A stretch of DNA of 64,000 bases from Bacteroides sp. (GCA_036724805.1 DAIMFE010000006.1:5579-69578), one strand, 5' to 3'; shown: positions 28,815 through 39,599, counted from the stretch's first letter. Notes: generated by a model from the letters alone, not told the origin. Made by a program: numbers and translations.

Positions 28815-31800
28815 ATGAAGAAAGCTATTTTATATCTCTCTATCTTTCTTTTGGGCGCGTTCTCATTACAGGCACAAGAGGGAATACATTATACAGGAAA
28901 AACATTATCTAATGTAGATTATCATCACGGACAATTGAGCCCGGCTGTTGGTACACATAACATCCAAACCATGCGGGCAAGCCGTTCGCACTATAATAAA
29001 GAAGGTAGCGATGGATTGGGATGGACATACAATCACGCTCCGATGCTTGCTTACTGGAACGGAACATTTTATCTCGAATATTTAAATGCTCCTGTGGGCG
29101 AGCACATGCCCCCGGGACAAACGATGTTGCAAACATCGAAAGACGGCTATAACTGGGAGAAACCGGTTGTGCTTTTTCCTAAATATAAAGTTCCCGATGG
29201 ATACACAAAACCGAATCATGAAGGAGTGGCGAAAGACTTGTATGCCATTACGCATCAAAGAGTTGGTTTCTTTACTTCTTCAAAAGGTAGGTTACTGGCA
29301 ATGAGTTACTATGGTGTTTGTTTGGATATGAAAGACGATCCTAATGATGGTAACGGAATAGGCCGTGTTGTACGTGAAATAAAAAAAGATGGTTCGTTCG
29401 GAGAAGTATATTTCATACGATACAGCCATGCTTTCAACGAAAAGAATACAGCGTATAAATTCTACAAAAAGAGTAAGGATAAAGGATTTGTAGAGGCTTG
29501 CGACGAATTGCTGTCCAATCCGTTGTATATGATGCAGTGGGTAGAAGAGGCAGATCGCAACGATCCTCTTATCCCTTTAAAGAAACCATACAAAGCATTC
29601 AATTATTATCGTTTGCCCGATGGACGTATCGCGGCTTTGTGGAAACATGCCTTAACTGCTATCAGCGAAGACGGTGGAAAGACTTGGCCTGAAAGCGCCT
29701 ATCGTGCTCCGGGATTTGTAAATAGCAATGCTAAAATATGGGGGCAACAAACTTCCGATGCAAAATACGCAACGGTTTACAATCCTTCGGAATTTCGTTG
29801 GCCGCTGGCGGTTTCAACAAGTGAAGACGGATTAAACTATAATACGCTTTATTTGGTGCATGGAGATATTACGCCGATGAGATACGGAGGAAACTATAAA
29901 TCGAGAGGCCCTCAATATGTGAGAGGGATTTTAGATAATAACGGAAATCCTCCCGGAGGAGATATGTGGGTTACATATAGCATGAACAAAGAAGACCTTT
30001 GGGTTGCTAAAGTGCCTGTTCCGATAACCGATAAAGCCATTGCTCACGCCGATGAAATCTTCGACCAATTGCCCGAAGGGAAGGAATTGGATGCCTGGAA
30101 TATTTACAGTCCGCTATGGGCTCCTGTGAAAATAGAAAAAAGAAATGATGGCAAACGTTGGTTGTCGCTAAAAGATGGGGATTTGTTTGATTATGCCAAA
30201 GCCGAAAGGGTAATTCCCGAATCGAAAACAGTAGATGTTTCATTCTCCGTATTACCTCTACAGAACGATAAGGGCAATTTGCAAATAGAATTTCAGAATG
30301 CTAAAGGACAAGCTTGTACCCGTATTATTTTCGATAAAGATGGCCAGATGAGACTGAAAACAGGCGCCCGTTATAATACCCTAACGCCTTACGAAGCAGG
30401 GAAAGTGTATAATATCTCTGTTGCGCTAACTACCGCAACACGTAGTTTAACTATGCGAATAAATGATAAAGAAATCCCGACACGGTTATTCTTCAATCCG
30501 GTGGAATCTATAACAAGGATTGTGTTTCGTACAGGAGATCTATTGCTCGACCCTGTACCGAATACTCCTGCCGACCGGTTTACGGATTTGCCGAATGCAG
30601 ATGAAGACGAACCCTATGCCCAATATTATATTTCTCATCTGAAAACATCAAATCCAAGCAAAAAATCGGCGGTATTGAATGCGGATACTTTCAAACACTA
30701 TGTTGATTATTTCAACACAATGGAAGATGAAAATATAGTGCAGACAATCCCAAATTCCGAATCGTGGGAATGGATGAAAACCAATATCCCGTTGTTTGAA
30801 TGTCCGCAGGAGAATATCGAAGAGATGTTTTATTACAGATGGTGGTCTTTGCGAAAGCACATCAAAGAAACCCCGGTAGGGTATATTATGACCGAGTTTT
30901 TAGTGGATCGTTCTTATGCCGACAAATACAACCTGATAGCTTGCGCCTTAGGGCACCACATCTACGAAAGCCGTTGGTTGCGCAATCCGGAATACCTGAA
31001 TCAGTATGTACATGTATGGTTCAGAGGAAATGAAGGGCAACCCATGAAGAAACTCCGCAATTTCAGTAGCTGGACGGCCGATGCCCTTTACAATAAATAC
31101 CTGGTAGATGGTGACAAAAACTACTTGTTGGATATGCTTCCCGACTTGGAAAAAGAATATGCCGCATGGGAAGGCGACCATCGTTTGCCGAGTGGGTTGT
31201 ATTGGCAGGGAGATGTTCAGGACGGTATGGAAGAAACCATTAGCGGAGGTCGCCGTAAGCAATACGCTCGCCCCACTATAAACTCATATATGTTTGGTAA
31301 TGCCAAAGCGCTGGCAGCAATTTCCCGTCTGAAGGGGGATGAAGCTACAGCTAAGAAATACGATAGTAAGGCATCCGAGATAAAAGACCTTGTTCAAAAT
31401 CAATTATGGAATAATGATAGCCTGTTTTTCGAAACATTGAGAAAACCGAATGAATTTGCGTTGGTGCGTGAGGCTATCGGGTATATACCATGGTATTTTA
31501 ACCTGCCGGATGATAAAACAAACTATGCGCAAGCATGGGCACAGGTAAAAAACCCGGAAGGTTTCCTTGCTCCTTACGGTCTCACTACTGCCGAACGCCG
31601 TCATCCCGAGTTTCGTACGCACGGATGCTGCAAATGTGAATGGGATGGTGCGATATGGCCATTTGCATCTTCTCAAACTTTAACCGCTATGGCAAACCTG
31701 CTGCATAATTACAAACAAAATGTGGTAAATGATAGCGTCTATTTTCGTCACATAGAATTGTATGTAGAAAGTCAACATCATCGCGGACGACCATACGTAG

Positions 31801-32135
31801 GCGAATACCAAGACGAAGTGACAGGCTATTGGCTGAAAGGAGACCAGGAACGTAGCCGTTATTACAATCATTCTACATTTAACGATTTAATAATTTCGGG
31901 TTTAATAGGCTTAAAACCCAGGCCGGACAACGTATTGGAAATAGCGCCACTTGTGCCTCAGGATAAATGGGACTGGTTCTGTTTGGATAATGTTCCGTAT
32001 AAAGGCCGAACGGTTACTGTTGTTTGGGATAAAACAGGCGAAAAATACAAGAGAGGTAAAGGCTTTTATGTCTTATTAGATGGAAAAATCGTAGCGAAAT
32101 CCGATAAGCTGGGCAAGTTAACTTATGAGATGTAA
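28815..32135 (+). CDS. Bimodular GH143 (Dha hydrolase)-GH142 (beta-L-arabinofuranosidase) protein, BT1020-like
   Basis: N-terminal propeller with Asp-boxes (SKDGYNW, SEDGGKTW, SEDGLNY) and WTYNHAPML; C-terminal (a/a)6 domain (QDGMEETISG, CEWDGAIWPFA, YNHSTFND). Confidence 0.8.
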   Translation: MKKAILYLSIFLLGAFSLQAQEGIHYTGKTLSNVDYHHGQLSPAVGTHNIQTMRASRSHYNKEGSDGLGWTYNHAPMLAYWNGTFYLEYLNAPVGEHMPPGQTMLQTSKDGYNWEKPVVLFPKYKVPDGYTKPNHEGVAKDLYAITHQRVGFFTSSKGRLLAMSYYGVCLDMKDDPNDGNGIGRVVREIKKDGSFGEVYFIRYSHAFNEKNTAYKFYKKSKDKGFVEACDELLSNPLYMMQWVEEADRNDPLIPLKKPYKAFNYYRLPDGRIAALWKHALTAISEDGGKTWPESAYRAPGFVNSNAKIWGQQTSDAKYATVYNPSEFRWPLAVSTSEDGLNYNTLYLVHGDITPMRYGGNYKSRGPQYVRGILDNNGNPPGGDMWVTYSMNKEDLWVAKVPVPITDKAIAHADEIFDQLPEGKELDAWNIYSPLWAPVKIEKRNDGKRWLSLKDGDLFDYAKAERVIPESKTVDVSFSVLPLQNDKGNLQIEFQNAKGQACTRIIFDKDGQMRLKTGARYNTLTPYEAGKVYNISVALTTATRSLTMRINDKEIPTRLFFNPVESITRIVFRTGDLLLDPVPNTPADRFTDLPNADEDEPYAQYYISHLKTSNPSKKSAVLNADTFKHYVDYFNTMEDENIVQTIPNSESWEWMKTNIPLFECPQENIEEMFYYRWWSLRKHIKETPVGYIMTEFLVDRSYADKYNLIACALGHHIYESRWLRNPEYLNQYVHVWFRGNEGQPMKKLRNFSSWTADALYNKYLVDGDKNYLLDMLPDLEKEYAAWEGDHRLPSGLYWQGDVQDGMEETISGGRRKQYARPTINSYMFGNAKALAAISRLKGDEATAKKYDSKASEIKDLVQNQLWNNDSLFFETLRKPNEFALVREAIGYIPWYFNLPDDKTNYAQAWAQVKNPEGFLAPYGLTTAERRHPEFRTHGCCKCEWDGAIWPFASSQTLTAMANLLHNYKQNVVNDSVYFRHIELYVESQHHRGRPYVGEYQDEVTGYWLKGDQERSRYYNHSTFNDLIISGLIGLKPRPDNVLEIAPLVPQDKWDWFCLDNVPYKGRTVTVVWDKTGEKYKRGKGFYVLLDGKIVAKSDKLGKLTYEM

Positions 32136-34821
32136 TTTAAGTGCAAAAAAAACAATAGCGGGTATATGCTTACTACTCTGTGCTGTATCTGTGTTTCCGA
32201 TTGAAATACAGCAACTTACTTGTGAAATGAAGCTGATGCCTCTGGCTGTGGATAATATAAGTCCGCGATTCGGGTGGAAGTTAACACCCGAATACAACGG
32301 AGATGTGCAGGCTTATTTTCAAGTGCAGGTTTCACAAGGCGGAAAAAGTATTTGGGATTCGGGAAAAGTGAAATCAAGCCAAAGCCAGTTGGTTTTATAC
32401 AAAGGAAAACCCCTGGAAAAAGGAAAACGATACACGTACCAAGTAAAAGTGTGGAATACGAAAGGAAAACTTTCCGAGTCATCTTCTTCTTTCGAAACTG
32501 CTCCCGATTTATCGCATTCTAAAGCAAAATGGATAGGAGCTATTACCCGCGAAGATTCTAATTTGCCTGTAGGGCGTCGCGATTTTCATGGACCATCATT
32601 TAAGAAAAAAGAAAACAAAGAGGTATTCGATAACATCAATCCGTTGGCACTGAAGAGTATAATGCTTCGCAAATTGTTTAATGCATCAAAAGAAATAGAT
32701 AAAGCCATTGTACATGTTTCGGGGCTTGGGCATTATAATTTGTCTGTTAACGGTGAAAAAATTAGCCGGGATGTATTTACTCCTGTCTGGAGCGATTATG
32801 ATAAAACGGTTTATTACAATACCTATCGGGTAGATACGCTGCTTCAAGAAGGTAAAAATGCAATAGGAGTAGTGCTCGGAAATGGATTTTATAATGCAAT
32901 GGGCAATCGTTACCGCAAATTGTGGGTAACGTTTGGCCCTCCAACGCTGTTTTTAGAATTACACCTATATTATAAAGATGGTACTTCCGATGTAATCGTT
33001 TCGGATGAATCGTGGAAATATACCCTAAGTCCTATCACTTTTAATGACATATACGGCGGCGAAGATTATGATGCCCGATTGGAACAAAAGGATTGGAACA
33101 AACCGTTTTTTAACGAAACAAGCTGGAAGGCAGTGGTTATTCAAGATGCGCCGAAAGGAACGCTTCGCCCACAGCAAATAACAAGCGTTCGTAAGATGAA
33201 AGAATATGGAGCGGTTACAACAACTAAAATCGATACATCTTATGTACTCGATATGAAACAGAACCTCTCGGGCTATCCGGCGATAAAAGTGCAAGGTAAA
33301 AAGGGGCAAACCATAAAACTTACGGTGGGAGAACTACTGAATACTGAAACGGGGAAAGTCTCCCAGAAGCAGTCGGGAGGGCCACATACCTATTCATATA
33401 CATTAAAAGGAGAAGGCGTAGAAGAATGGCATCCGGAATTTTCATATTACGGTTTTCAATACATTCAGGTAGATGGAGCTGATATGTTGACCGCGAAAAG
33501 CAATAGGCCGGTTATTCTGGATATAAAATCCCATTTCATATATAATTCAACACCTCAAAGAGGGCATTTCGAATGCTCGAACGAGCTATTCAATAAGGCG
33601 CACGAAATCATAAAAAACGCTGTCAGAAGCAATATGCAATCGGTATTTACCGATTGTCCTCATCGCGAAAAATTAGGATGGTTGGAAGAAACCCATCTCA
33701 ATGGCTCGGGGCTACTGTACAATTGGGATATGACACAGTTTTATCCTAAAATCATGCAGGATATCAAAGACGCTCAAAGCGCGGGTGGATTTGTGCCCAC
33801 AATTGTTCCTCAATATGTGATTTTCGATGAGAGCCTCGATGTTTTCCACGATTCACCCGAGTGGGGAATTGCTGCTATTATTAATCCATGGCTGTACTAT
33901 AAATTTTATGGAGATGATTCTCTCATAAAAAATTACTTCGATGCAATGAAAGGATATGTTAACCACATGACTTCCCGTTCAACCGATTATGTTATTTCTC
34001 ACGGATTGGGCGATTGGTATGACTATGGAGAACATCGGGCAGGCTTTTCGAAAAATAGTCCGGTGGAAGTTTCGGCAACAGCGCATTATTATTACGGGGC
34101 TTATCTGGTGGCAGAAGCAGCCGGGATGTTAGGCAAGAAAAGCGATGAAAAGAAGTATCGTGCATTAGCAAATCATATACGGAATGCTTTCAACTCGAAG
34201 TTCTTCGATAAAGAAACGAAACAATACGGTTCGGGCAGTCAGTTTTGCAATGCAGTGGCTGTTTTTATGGGAATTGTTGAACCGCAAAATAAGCAGGCTG
34301 TAATGGAAAATCTGAAAGCGGATATCCGTAAACACGGAAACCGTTTAACTACCGGCGATGTGGGTAACCGTTACCTCTTTCAGGCATTGGCATTGAACGA
34401 TGAAAACGAATTAATGTACCTGATGCACAATCATACTGATGCCCCCGGATATGGTTTCCAGATTGAATACGGTGTTACTACATTAACCGAACAATGGGAC
34501 CCACGCAAAGGCGCTTCGTGGAATCATTTTATGATGGGACAGATTGACGAATGGTTTTTCAGAAGCCTGGCAGGCATAGAACCTGTTAAGCAAGGGTTCA
34601 AAGAATTTAATATACAGCCTCAGCCTGTGGGCGATTTAGAATGGGTAAAGACTAATCACGAAACATTATACGGTGAAATTTCAGTAGATTGGAAACGAGA
34701 AAACGATAAATTTTATCTCACATTAGGTGTACCCGGAAATACCAAGGCTAATGTTATTCTGCCCGATGGTTCAAAGCAAACGGTAAGTTCGGGTAACTAT
34801 AGCTTTGAATGTAAACTATAA
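32125..34821 (+). CDS. GH78 alpha-L-rhamnosidase (BT1019-like)
   Basis: VFTDCPHREKLGWLEE, GLGDWYD, TTLTEQWD, SWNHFMMG. Confidence 0.9.
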   Translation: MRCNLSAKKTIAGICLLLCAVSVFPIEIQQLTCEMKLMPLAVDNISPRFGWKLTPEYNGDVQAYFQVQVSQGGKSIWDSGKVKSSQSQLVLYKGKPLEKGKRYTYQVKVWNTKGKLSESSSSFETAPDLSHSKAKWIGAITREDSNLPVGRRDFHGPSFKKKENKEVFDNINPLALKSIMLRKLFNASKEIDKAIVHVSGLGHYNLSVNGEKISRDVFTPVWSDYDKTVYYNTYRVDTLLQEGKNAIGVVLGNGFYNAMGNRYRKLWVTFGPPTLFLELHLYYKDGTSDVIVSDESWKYTLSPITFNDIYGGEDYDARLEQKDWNKPFFNETSWKAVVIQDAPKGTLRPQQITSVRKMKEYGAVTTTKIDTSYVLDMKQNLSGYPAIKVQGKKGQTIKLTVGELLNTETGKVSQKQSGGPHTYSYTLKGEGVEEWHPEFSYYGFQYIQVDGADMLTAKSNRPVILDIKSHFIYNSTPQRGHFECSNELFNKAHEIIKNAVRSNMQSVFTDCPHREKLGWLEETHLNGSGLLYNWDMTQFYPKIMQDIKDAQSAGGFVPTIVPQYVIFDESLDVFHDSPEWGIAAIINPWLYYKFYGDDSLIKNYFDAMKGYVNHMTSRSTDYVISHGLGDWYDYGEHRAGFSKNSPVEVSATAHYYYGAYLVAEAAGMLGKKSDEKKYRALANHIRNAFNSKFFDKETKQYGSGSQFCNAVAVFMGIVEPQNKQAVMENLKADIRKHGNRLTTGDVGNRYLFQALALNDENELMYLMHNHTDAPGYGFQIEYGVTTLTEQWDPRKGASWNHFMMGQIDEWFFRSLAGIEPVKQGFKEFNIQPQPVGDLEWVKTNHETLYGEISVDWKRENDKFYLTLGVPGNTKANVILPDGSKQTVSSGNYSFECKL

Positions 34822-34831
34822 TTCATCATTT

Positions 34832-36880
34832 ATGAAAATAAAAAATGTAATCATCTCCGTGTTTCTTGGAAGCAGTGCTTTGCTGGTACATTCACAAACA
34901 AACGGGCTCACTAATACAACAAAAAGTCCCTACGCAAAGATGCACAGTGTCAATTTAAATGATGTTACCTGGACAAAGGGCTTTTGGGCCGAGCGTTTTA
35001 ATGTTTGCAAAGACACGATGCTGCTCAACATGTGGCGAATTTTTGATAACCCCGATTTGAGCCATGCTTATCGTAACTTTGAGATTGCGGCAGGATTAAA
35101 AGATGGAGAGCATAAAGATCCTCCGTTTTTTGACGGTGATATGTACAAATGGCTCGAAGGAGTAGCTGCCGTATATGCAATTACAAAAAATCCCGAATTG
35201 GATAAGCTAATGGATAAGTTCATCGAAACCATCCGGTTATCTCAACGGGAGGATGGATATCTTCACACGGCAACTATAGTGGCCGACAAGAATAATCCGG
35301 GTGCTAAGAAGGGGTTCGAAGAACGGCTTCATTTCGAAACTTATAACATGGGGCACCTAATGACTGCCGGATGTGTACATTATCGGGCAACAGGCAAAAG
35401 AACCCTTTTGGATATTGCAATTAAAACAACCGATTTTTTATATAATTTCTACAAAACCGCGACAAACGAATTGGCGCGTAGTGCTATCTGCCCTTCTCAC
35501 TACATGGGGGTTGTGGAAATGTATCGCACTACTCGTGATCCGAAATACCTGGAGTTATCGAAAAGCCTGATAGATATTCGTGGCATGGTAGAGAATGGTA
35601 CGGACGATAATCAGGATCGAATTCCTTTTCGCGAACAAAAAGTTGCGATGGGGCATGCCGTACGAGCCAATTATCTGTATGCGGGTGTTGCCGATGTTTA
35701 TTTAGAAACAGGAGACAAAACTTTATTAGAGTGTCTCTACCCAATTTGGGATGATGTGACTTATCGCAAAATGTATGTCACAGGAGGTTGCGGGGCATTG
35801 TACGATGGAACATCTCCCGATGGTACAGCCTACGAACCCGACAGCATTCAAAAGGTACATCAGTCTTACGGGCGCGCCTACCAATTACCACAGGAAACTG
35901 CCCATAACGAAACTTGCGCCAATATCGGTAATATGTTGTGGAATTTCAGAATGCTTCAATTGTCGGGAGATTCGAAATATGCCGATATTATGGAGCTTAC
36001 TTATTACAATAGCATCTTGTCGGGTATCAGTTTGGATGGCAAGAAATATCTTTATACTAATCCATTGAGCCAAACTTCCGATTTTCCATATAATTTACGT
36101 TGGGGCAATTTTAGGCAAGAATACATTACCTGCTTTTGCTGTCCACCTAATACCGTTCGCACCATAGCAGAGGCTAACAGCTATGCCTATGCCGTATCCA
36201 ACAAAGGTATATATTGCAATTTGTACGGAAGCAATATTCTCAACACAAAAACGACTGACGGTACAGAGATTAGCCTCACTCAAGATACGGATTATCCTTG
36301 GGATGGATCGATAAAACTCGTTCTAAATAAAGCTCCTAAAAATGATTATTCCTTTTTTTTCCGGATTCCCGAATGGGCTAAAGATGCAAGTATTTCAGTA
36401 AATGGAGAAAAGAGTAATGTTAATACAATATCGGGTACATACGCTGAGGTAAAAGGAAAATGGAAAAAAGGAGACGAAATTGTATTAAATCTTCCTTTAC
36501 ATGCCCGTTTGATAGAATCTAATCCTTTGGTAGAAGAAACACGCAATCAGGTAGCAGTAATGTATGGCCCCATGGTTTATTGCATGGAGTCTGTAGATCT
36601 ACCTATTAATTCTTCCATCCATGATGTAATAATACCTGCTGATATAAAACTTCAGCCCAAAGCTATAGATATAGAAGGAAATAAAATCATGGCTTTGCAA
36701 GGAACCGCCCAAAAGCAAATAAACGATGATTGGAATAAAAAATTATATCGAGAAGTTCAGTCCGATACACAAAGTATAAACGTTTCATTAATTCCCTATT
36801 ACGCATGGAACAATCGTGGAAATTACAACATGTCGGTGTGGTTGAGATTGGGCAATAAAAGCAATGCGATTATGCCGTAA
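34832..36880 (+). CDS. GH127 (aceric acid hydrolase/beta-L-arabinofuranosidase type)
   Basis: GHAVRANYLYAG, HNETCANIG, CFCCPPN Zn/Cys motifs; signal peptide from ATG 34832. Confidence 0.88.
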   Translation: MKIKNVIISVFLGSSALLVHSQTNGLTNTTKSPYAKMHSVNLNDVTWTKGFWAERFNVCKDTMLLNMWRIFDNPDLSHAYRNFEIAAGLKDGEHKDPPFFDGDMYKWLEGVAAVYAITKNPELDKLMDKFIETIRLSQREDGYLHTATIVADKNNPGAKKGFEERLHFETYNMGHLMTAGCVHYRATGKRTLLDIAIKTTDFLYNFYKTATNELARSAICPSHYMGVVEMYRTTRDPKYLELSKSLIDIRGMVENGTDDNQDRIPFREQKVAMGHAVRANYLYAGVADVYLETGDKTLLECLYPIWDDVTYRKMYVTGGCGALYDGTSPDGTAYEPDSIQKVHQSYGRAYQLPQETAHNETCANIGNMLWNFRMLQLSGDSKYADIMELTYYNSILSGISLDGKKYLYTNPLSQTSDFPYNLRWGNFRQEYITCFCCPPNTVRTIAEANSYAYAVSNKGIYCNLYGSNILNTKTTDGTEISLTQDTDYPWDGSIKLVLNKAPKNDYSFFFRIPEWAKDASISVNGEKSNVNTISGTYAEVKGKWKKGDEIVLNLPLHARLIESNPLVEETRNQVAVMYGPMVYCMESVDLPINSSIHDVIIPADIKLQPKAIDIEGNKIMALQGTAQKQINDDWNKKLYREVQSDTQSINVSLIPYYAWNNRGNYNMSVWLRLGNKSNAIMP

Positions 36881-37067
36881 AGAAGCTCTTAAAGAGCCAC
36901 TTATGCTTCAATTGAACGTCCGTTGAAATCCGTTGCAACAACATAACATAACAGAACATATAAGAACAGATAAGATAATAACAACAACAACAGAAGAAGA
37001 AAAATTTGCTGCTGTTGCTGCTGTTTTTTTTGAATGATCACAAAATGGGTAATAATGCCTACATGGT

Positions 37068-37083
37068 GTAGGGGCGCCCCTAC
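37068..37083. repeat. GTAG-type REP-like palindrome GTAGGGGCGCCCCTAC
   Basis: Perfect 16-bp GC-rich palindrome, preceded by CCTACA (37058-63). Confidence 0.6.
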
Positions 37084-37198
37084 GTTGCATTTTCTCAAAT
37101 GCATGTTGCATTTTCTCAAATGCACGTTGCTGTTGAGTTAAATGCACGTTGCATTTTCGAATTACAACGTTGCATTTGAAAAAATGCAACGTGCATTT
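37083..37198. repeat. Palindromic array copy B (6 units)
   Basis: Cores at 37083, 37104, 37125, 37147, 37168, 37190 (spacing 21,21,22,21,22). Confidence 0.9.
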
Positions 37199-37297
37199 GA
37201 ACTATTTTTCTTATTATTGCTGCATAATGAAGATTATTTCCTTTATTTTTTTAACTTTGTTTCCTCAATACGCCAAACTTTATTATATCAAACCAGC

Positions 37298-38035
37298 ATG
37301 AGAAAAATCTGCGTTGTTATCTTCATTGTTCTACTTGTCGGCTTGCAAACCCATGCGCAGAGCCATGAATTTGGAGTTGCCATAAATACCGGTTATTCCT
37401 TTTTTAGGGGAAGTGGCAGTGAATCTCATTCTTTTGTAATTAACGACACATATACAAACTCACCACTGGGTAAGGAATTAAAATTATCCTATGGACTGAG
37501 TGTAGATTATAAATACATCTTTCGAAACAATATAATCTTGAGTGCAGAGATTGCATACGAAGACCTCAGAACAAAAGTGAATATCAATGGGTATCACGAA
37601 TACGGGGAAAACCATAAATCGAGCGGAAAGACCATATTGCATAATTACTTCCTCAATGGTAGTCCGTTTGTGGGTTATCGATTTAATTTAGAAACATTTT
37701 CTTTTGATATATTAGCGGGTTTAGATGTTGCCTATTCTATAGACAGAGAAGAGAAAGTTAATTACAAAAAGGAAGATGGCCGGAAAAAGAAATTCACAAA
37801 GAGCAGGAAAGATGATTATGTAGATATTGATCTGCGCCCCAGGCTACAGCTTAATTTTAATTATAAAAACTACACCCTGTTTACAGGAGCTTCTTTTGGA
37901 GTAATGAATTATTATAAAGATTGGGTTGGAAGCGATGATGTAGCTTACCTGAATACTATTCGTTTGGGATTTTTGTATCGTTTCTATAAAACGATAAATC
38001 AGAAGAAAAAGAATGTAGTGCCTTTCTATCTGTAA
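37298..38035 (+). CDS. Outer-membrane beta-barrel protein (PorT/OMP_b-brl-like)
   Basis: Signal peptide MRKICVV...THAQ from ATG 37298; alternating beta-strands ending IRLGFLYRF. Confidence 0.65.
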   Translation: MRKICVVIFIVLLVGLQTHAQSHEFGVAINTGYSFFRGSGSESHSFVINDTYTNSPLGKELKLSYGLSVDYKYIFRNNIILSAEIAYEDLRTKVNINGYHEYGENHKSSGKTILHNYFLNGSPFVGYRFNLETFSFDILAGLDVAYSIDREEKVNYKKEDGRKKKFTKSRKDDYVDIDLRPRLQLNFNYKNYTLFTGASFGVMNYYKDWVGSDDVAYLNTIRLGFLYRFYKTINQKKKNVVPFYL

Positions 38036-38210
38036 GTTTATTCTCTTTTAAGTAAAACTTATTGCTCATGTTATTTATAGTTTGGCAATAATTCGTTAAT
38101 TTTGTTCCCTCAAGCAAAATAATTAATAATAATATCTGTACAGAGCCATACAAAGGCGCGTTGAACGCAAAGTACCGGCTTATAAAATAAAACAGTGGCA
38201 TTAGGTTAGC

Positions 38211-38813
38211 ATGAAAACAGTCATAATTAAATATAACGCAGGGAACATCCGTTCGGTAGATTATGGATTAAAACGATTGGGGATTAATGCCGAGATCACC
38301 GGAGACAAGCAAACGATTCTATCTGCTGATAAGATTATATTTCCGGGGGTGGGCGAAGCCCAAACAACCATGCAATACCTAAAAAGGGAAGGATTGGATG
38401 TCCTGATTAAAAACCTTCGTCAGCCGGTTTTAGGAATTTGTCTTGGCATGCAGCTAATGTGCCGCTCTTCGGAAGAAGGATACACGAAAGAAAATACAGA
38501 CTGTTTGGGAATATTCGATGTAGATGTTAAACGGTTTATTTCGGAAAAGCGAGAAGATAAAGTACCGCATATGGGTTGGAATACATTAGAAAATCTTTGC
38601 AGCTCATTGTTTCGCGGATTCACCGAAGAAGAATACGTTTACTTTGTTCATAGTTACTATGTGCCGGTAAATAAATTCACAGCAGCTCAAACAAATCATA
38701 TTCTGCCGTTTAGTGCAGCATTACATAAAGATAATTTCTACGCAACCCAATTTCATCCGGAGAAAAGCGGCTGGGTAGGAGAACGAATTTTAAAGAATTT
38801 CCTCGATTTATAA
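38211..38813 (+). CDS. hisH: Imidazole glycerol phosphate synthase glutaminase subunit
   Basis: GICLGMQL, VPHMGWN, QFHPEKSG. Confidence 0.96.
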   Translation: MKTVIIKYNAGNIRSVDYGLKRLGINAEITGDKQTILSADKIIFPGVGEAQTTMQYLKREGLDVLIKNLRQPVLGICLGMQLMCRSSEEGYTKENTDCLGIFDVDVKRFISEKREDKVPHMGWNTLENLCSSLFRGFTEEEYVYFVHSYYVPVNKFTAAQTNHILPFSAALHKDNFYATQFHPEKSGWVGERILKNFLDL

Positions 38814-38850
38814 ACGCGGGAACTTATAAACTTCAAAACGCAAAACTTAA

Positions 38851-39570
38851 ATGATTGAATTAATACCCGCTATAGACATTATCGATGGAAAATGCGTGAG
38901 ACTTTCTCGGGGAGATTATGATACAAAGAAAGTATATAACGAGAACCCGGTGGAAGTAGCCAAGGAATTCGAAGCCCATGGTATTCGCCGGTTGCATGTG
39001 GTCGACCTCGATGGCGCCAAATCGCATCATGTTGTTAATTATAGGGTATTAGATCAGATTGCTTCTCGCACCTCTATGATAATAGATTTTGGAGGAGGCA
39101 TTAAGAGCGAAGAAGACTTGATAATTGCCTTTGATAACGGTGCGGAAATGGTAACCATCGGAAGTTTGGCAGTAAAGAATCCGGAATTATTCTTGAAATG
39201 GCTAAATCGCTATGGGGCAGAAAAGATTATTCTGGGTGCAGATGCGAAAGAGAATAAAATAGCGGTAAATGGTTGGAAAGACGAAACAACGCAAGATTTG
39301 TTTACTTTCCTTGAAAAATACAGTAAATACGGAGTTACAAAAGTAATATGTACCGATATATCCAGAGATGGAATGCTGGAGGGGCCTTCTATCAATCTTT
39401 ATAAAAAAATACTGGAACAACATCCCAATCTCCATTTGATAGCGAGTGGCGGTGTTAGCAATATGGATGATATTATTGCTTTGCAAGAAGCGCGTATTCC
39501 TGCTGTGATATTTGGGAAAGCCTTGTACGAAGGCCGGATTCAATTAAAAGACCTCATTTGTTTTTTATAA
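38851..39570 (+). CDS. hisA: ProFAR isomerase
   Basis: IPAIDIIDGKCVRL, LHVVDLDGA, TDISRDGML. Confidence 0.96.
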   Translation: MIELIPAIDIIDGKCVRLSRGDYDTKKVYNENPVEVAKEFEAHGIRRLHVVDLDGAKSHHVVNYRVLDQIASRTSMIIDFGGGIKSEEDLIIAFDNGAEMVTIGSLAVKNPELFLKWLNRYGAEKIILGADAKENKIAVNGWKDETTQDLFTFLEKYSKYGVTKVICTDISRDGMLEGPSINLYKKILEQHPNLHLIASGGVSNMDDIIALQEARIPAVIFGKALYEGRIQLKDLICFL

Positions 39571-39599
39571 AAACGAATTGATCGTAAATGCAATAAACT

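Noticed and set aside
473..36546. Many 60-215-aa ORFs overlapping the CAZyme genes
   Set aside because: Antisense or out-of-frame shadows with no recognisable motifs
37083..37198. CRISPR array interpretation of the palindromic arrays (also 4364-4493 and 53314-53417)
   Set aside because: Linkers are only 3-5 nt, units are degenerate, and there are no unique spacers or cas genes
36901..37297. ORFs 36901-37125, 36908-37189 and the N-terminal extension of 37142-38035; likewise 4329-4567 and 4262-4378
   Set aside because: They are translations of repeat DNA (MQRAFE/KCNV); the real genes start downstream with signal peptides
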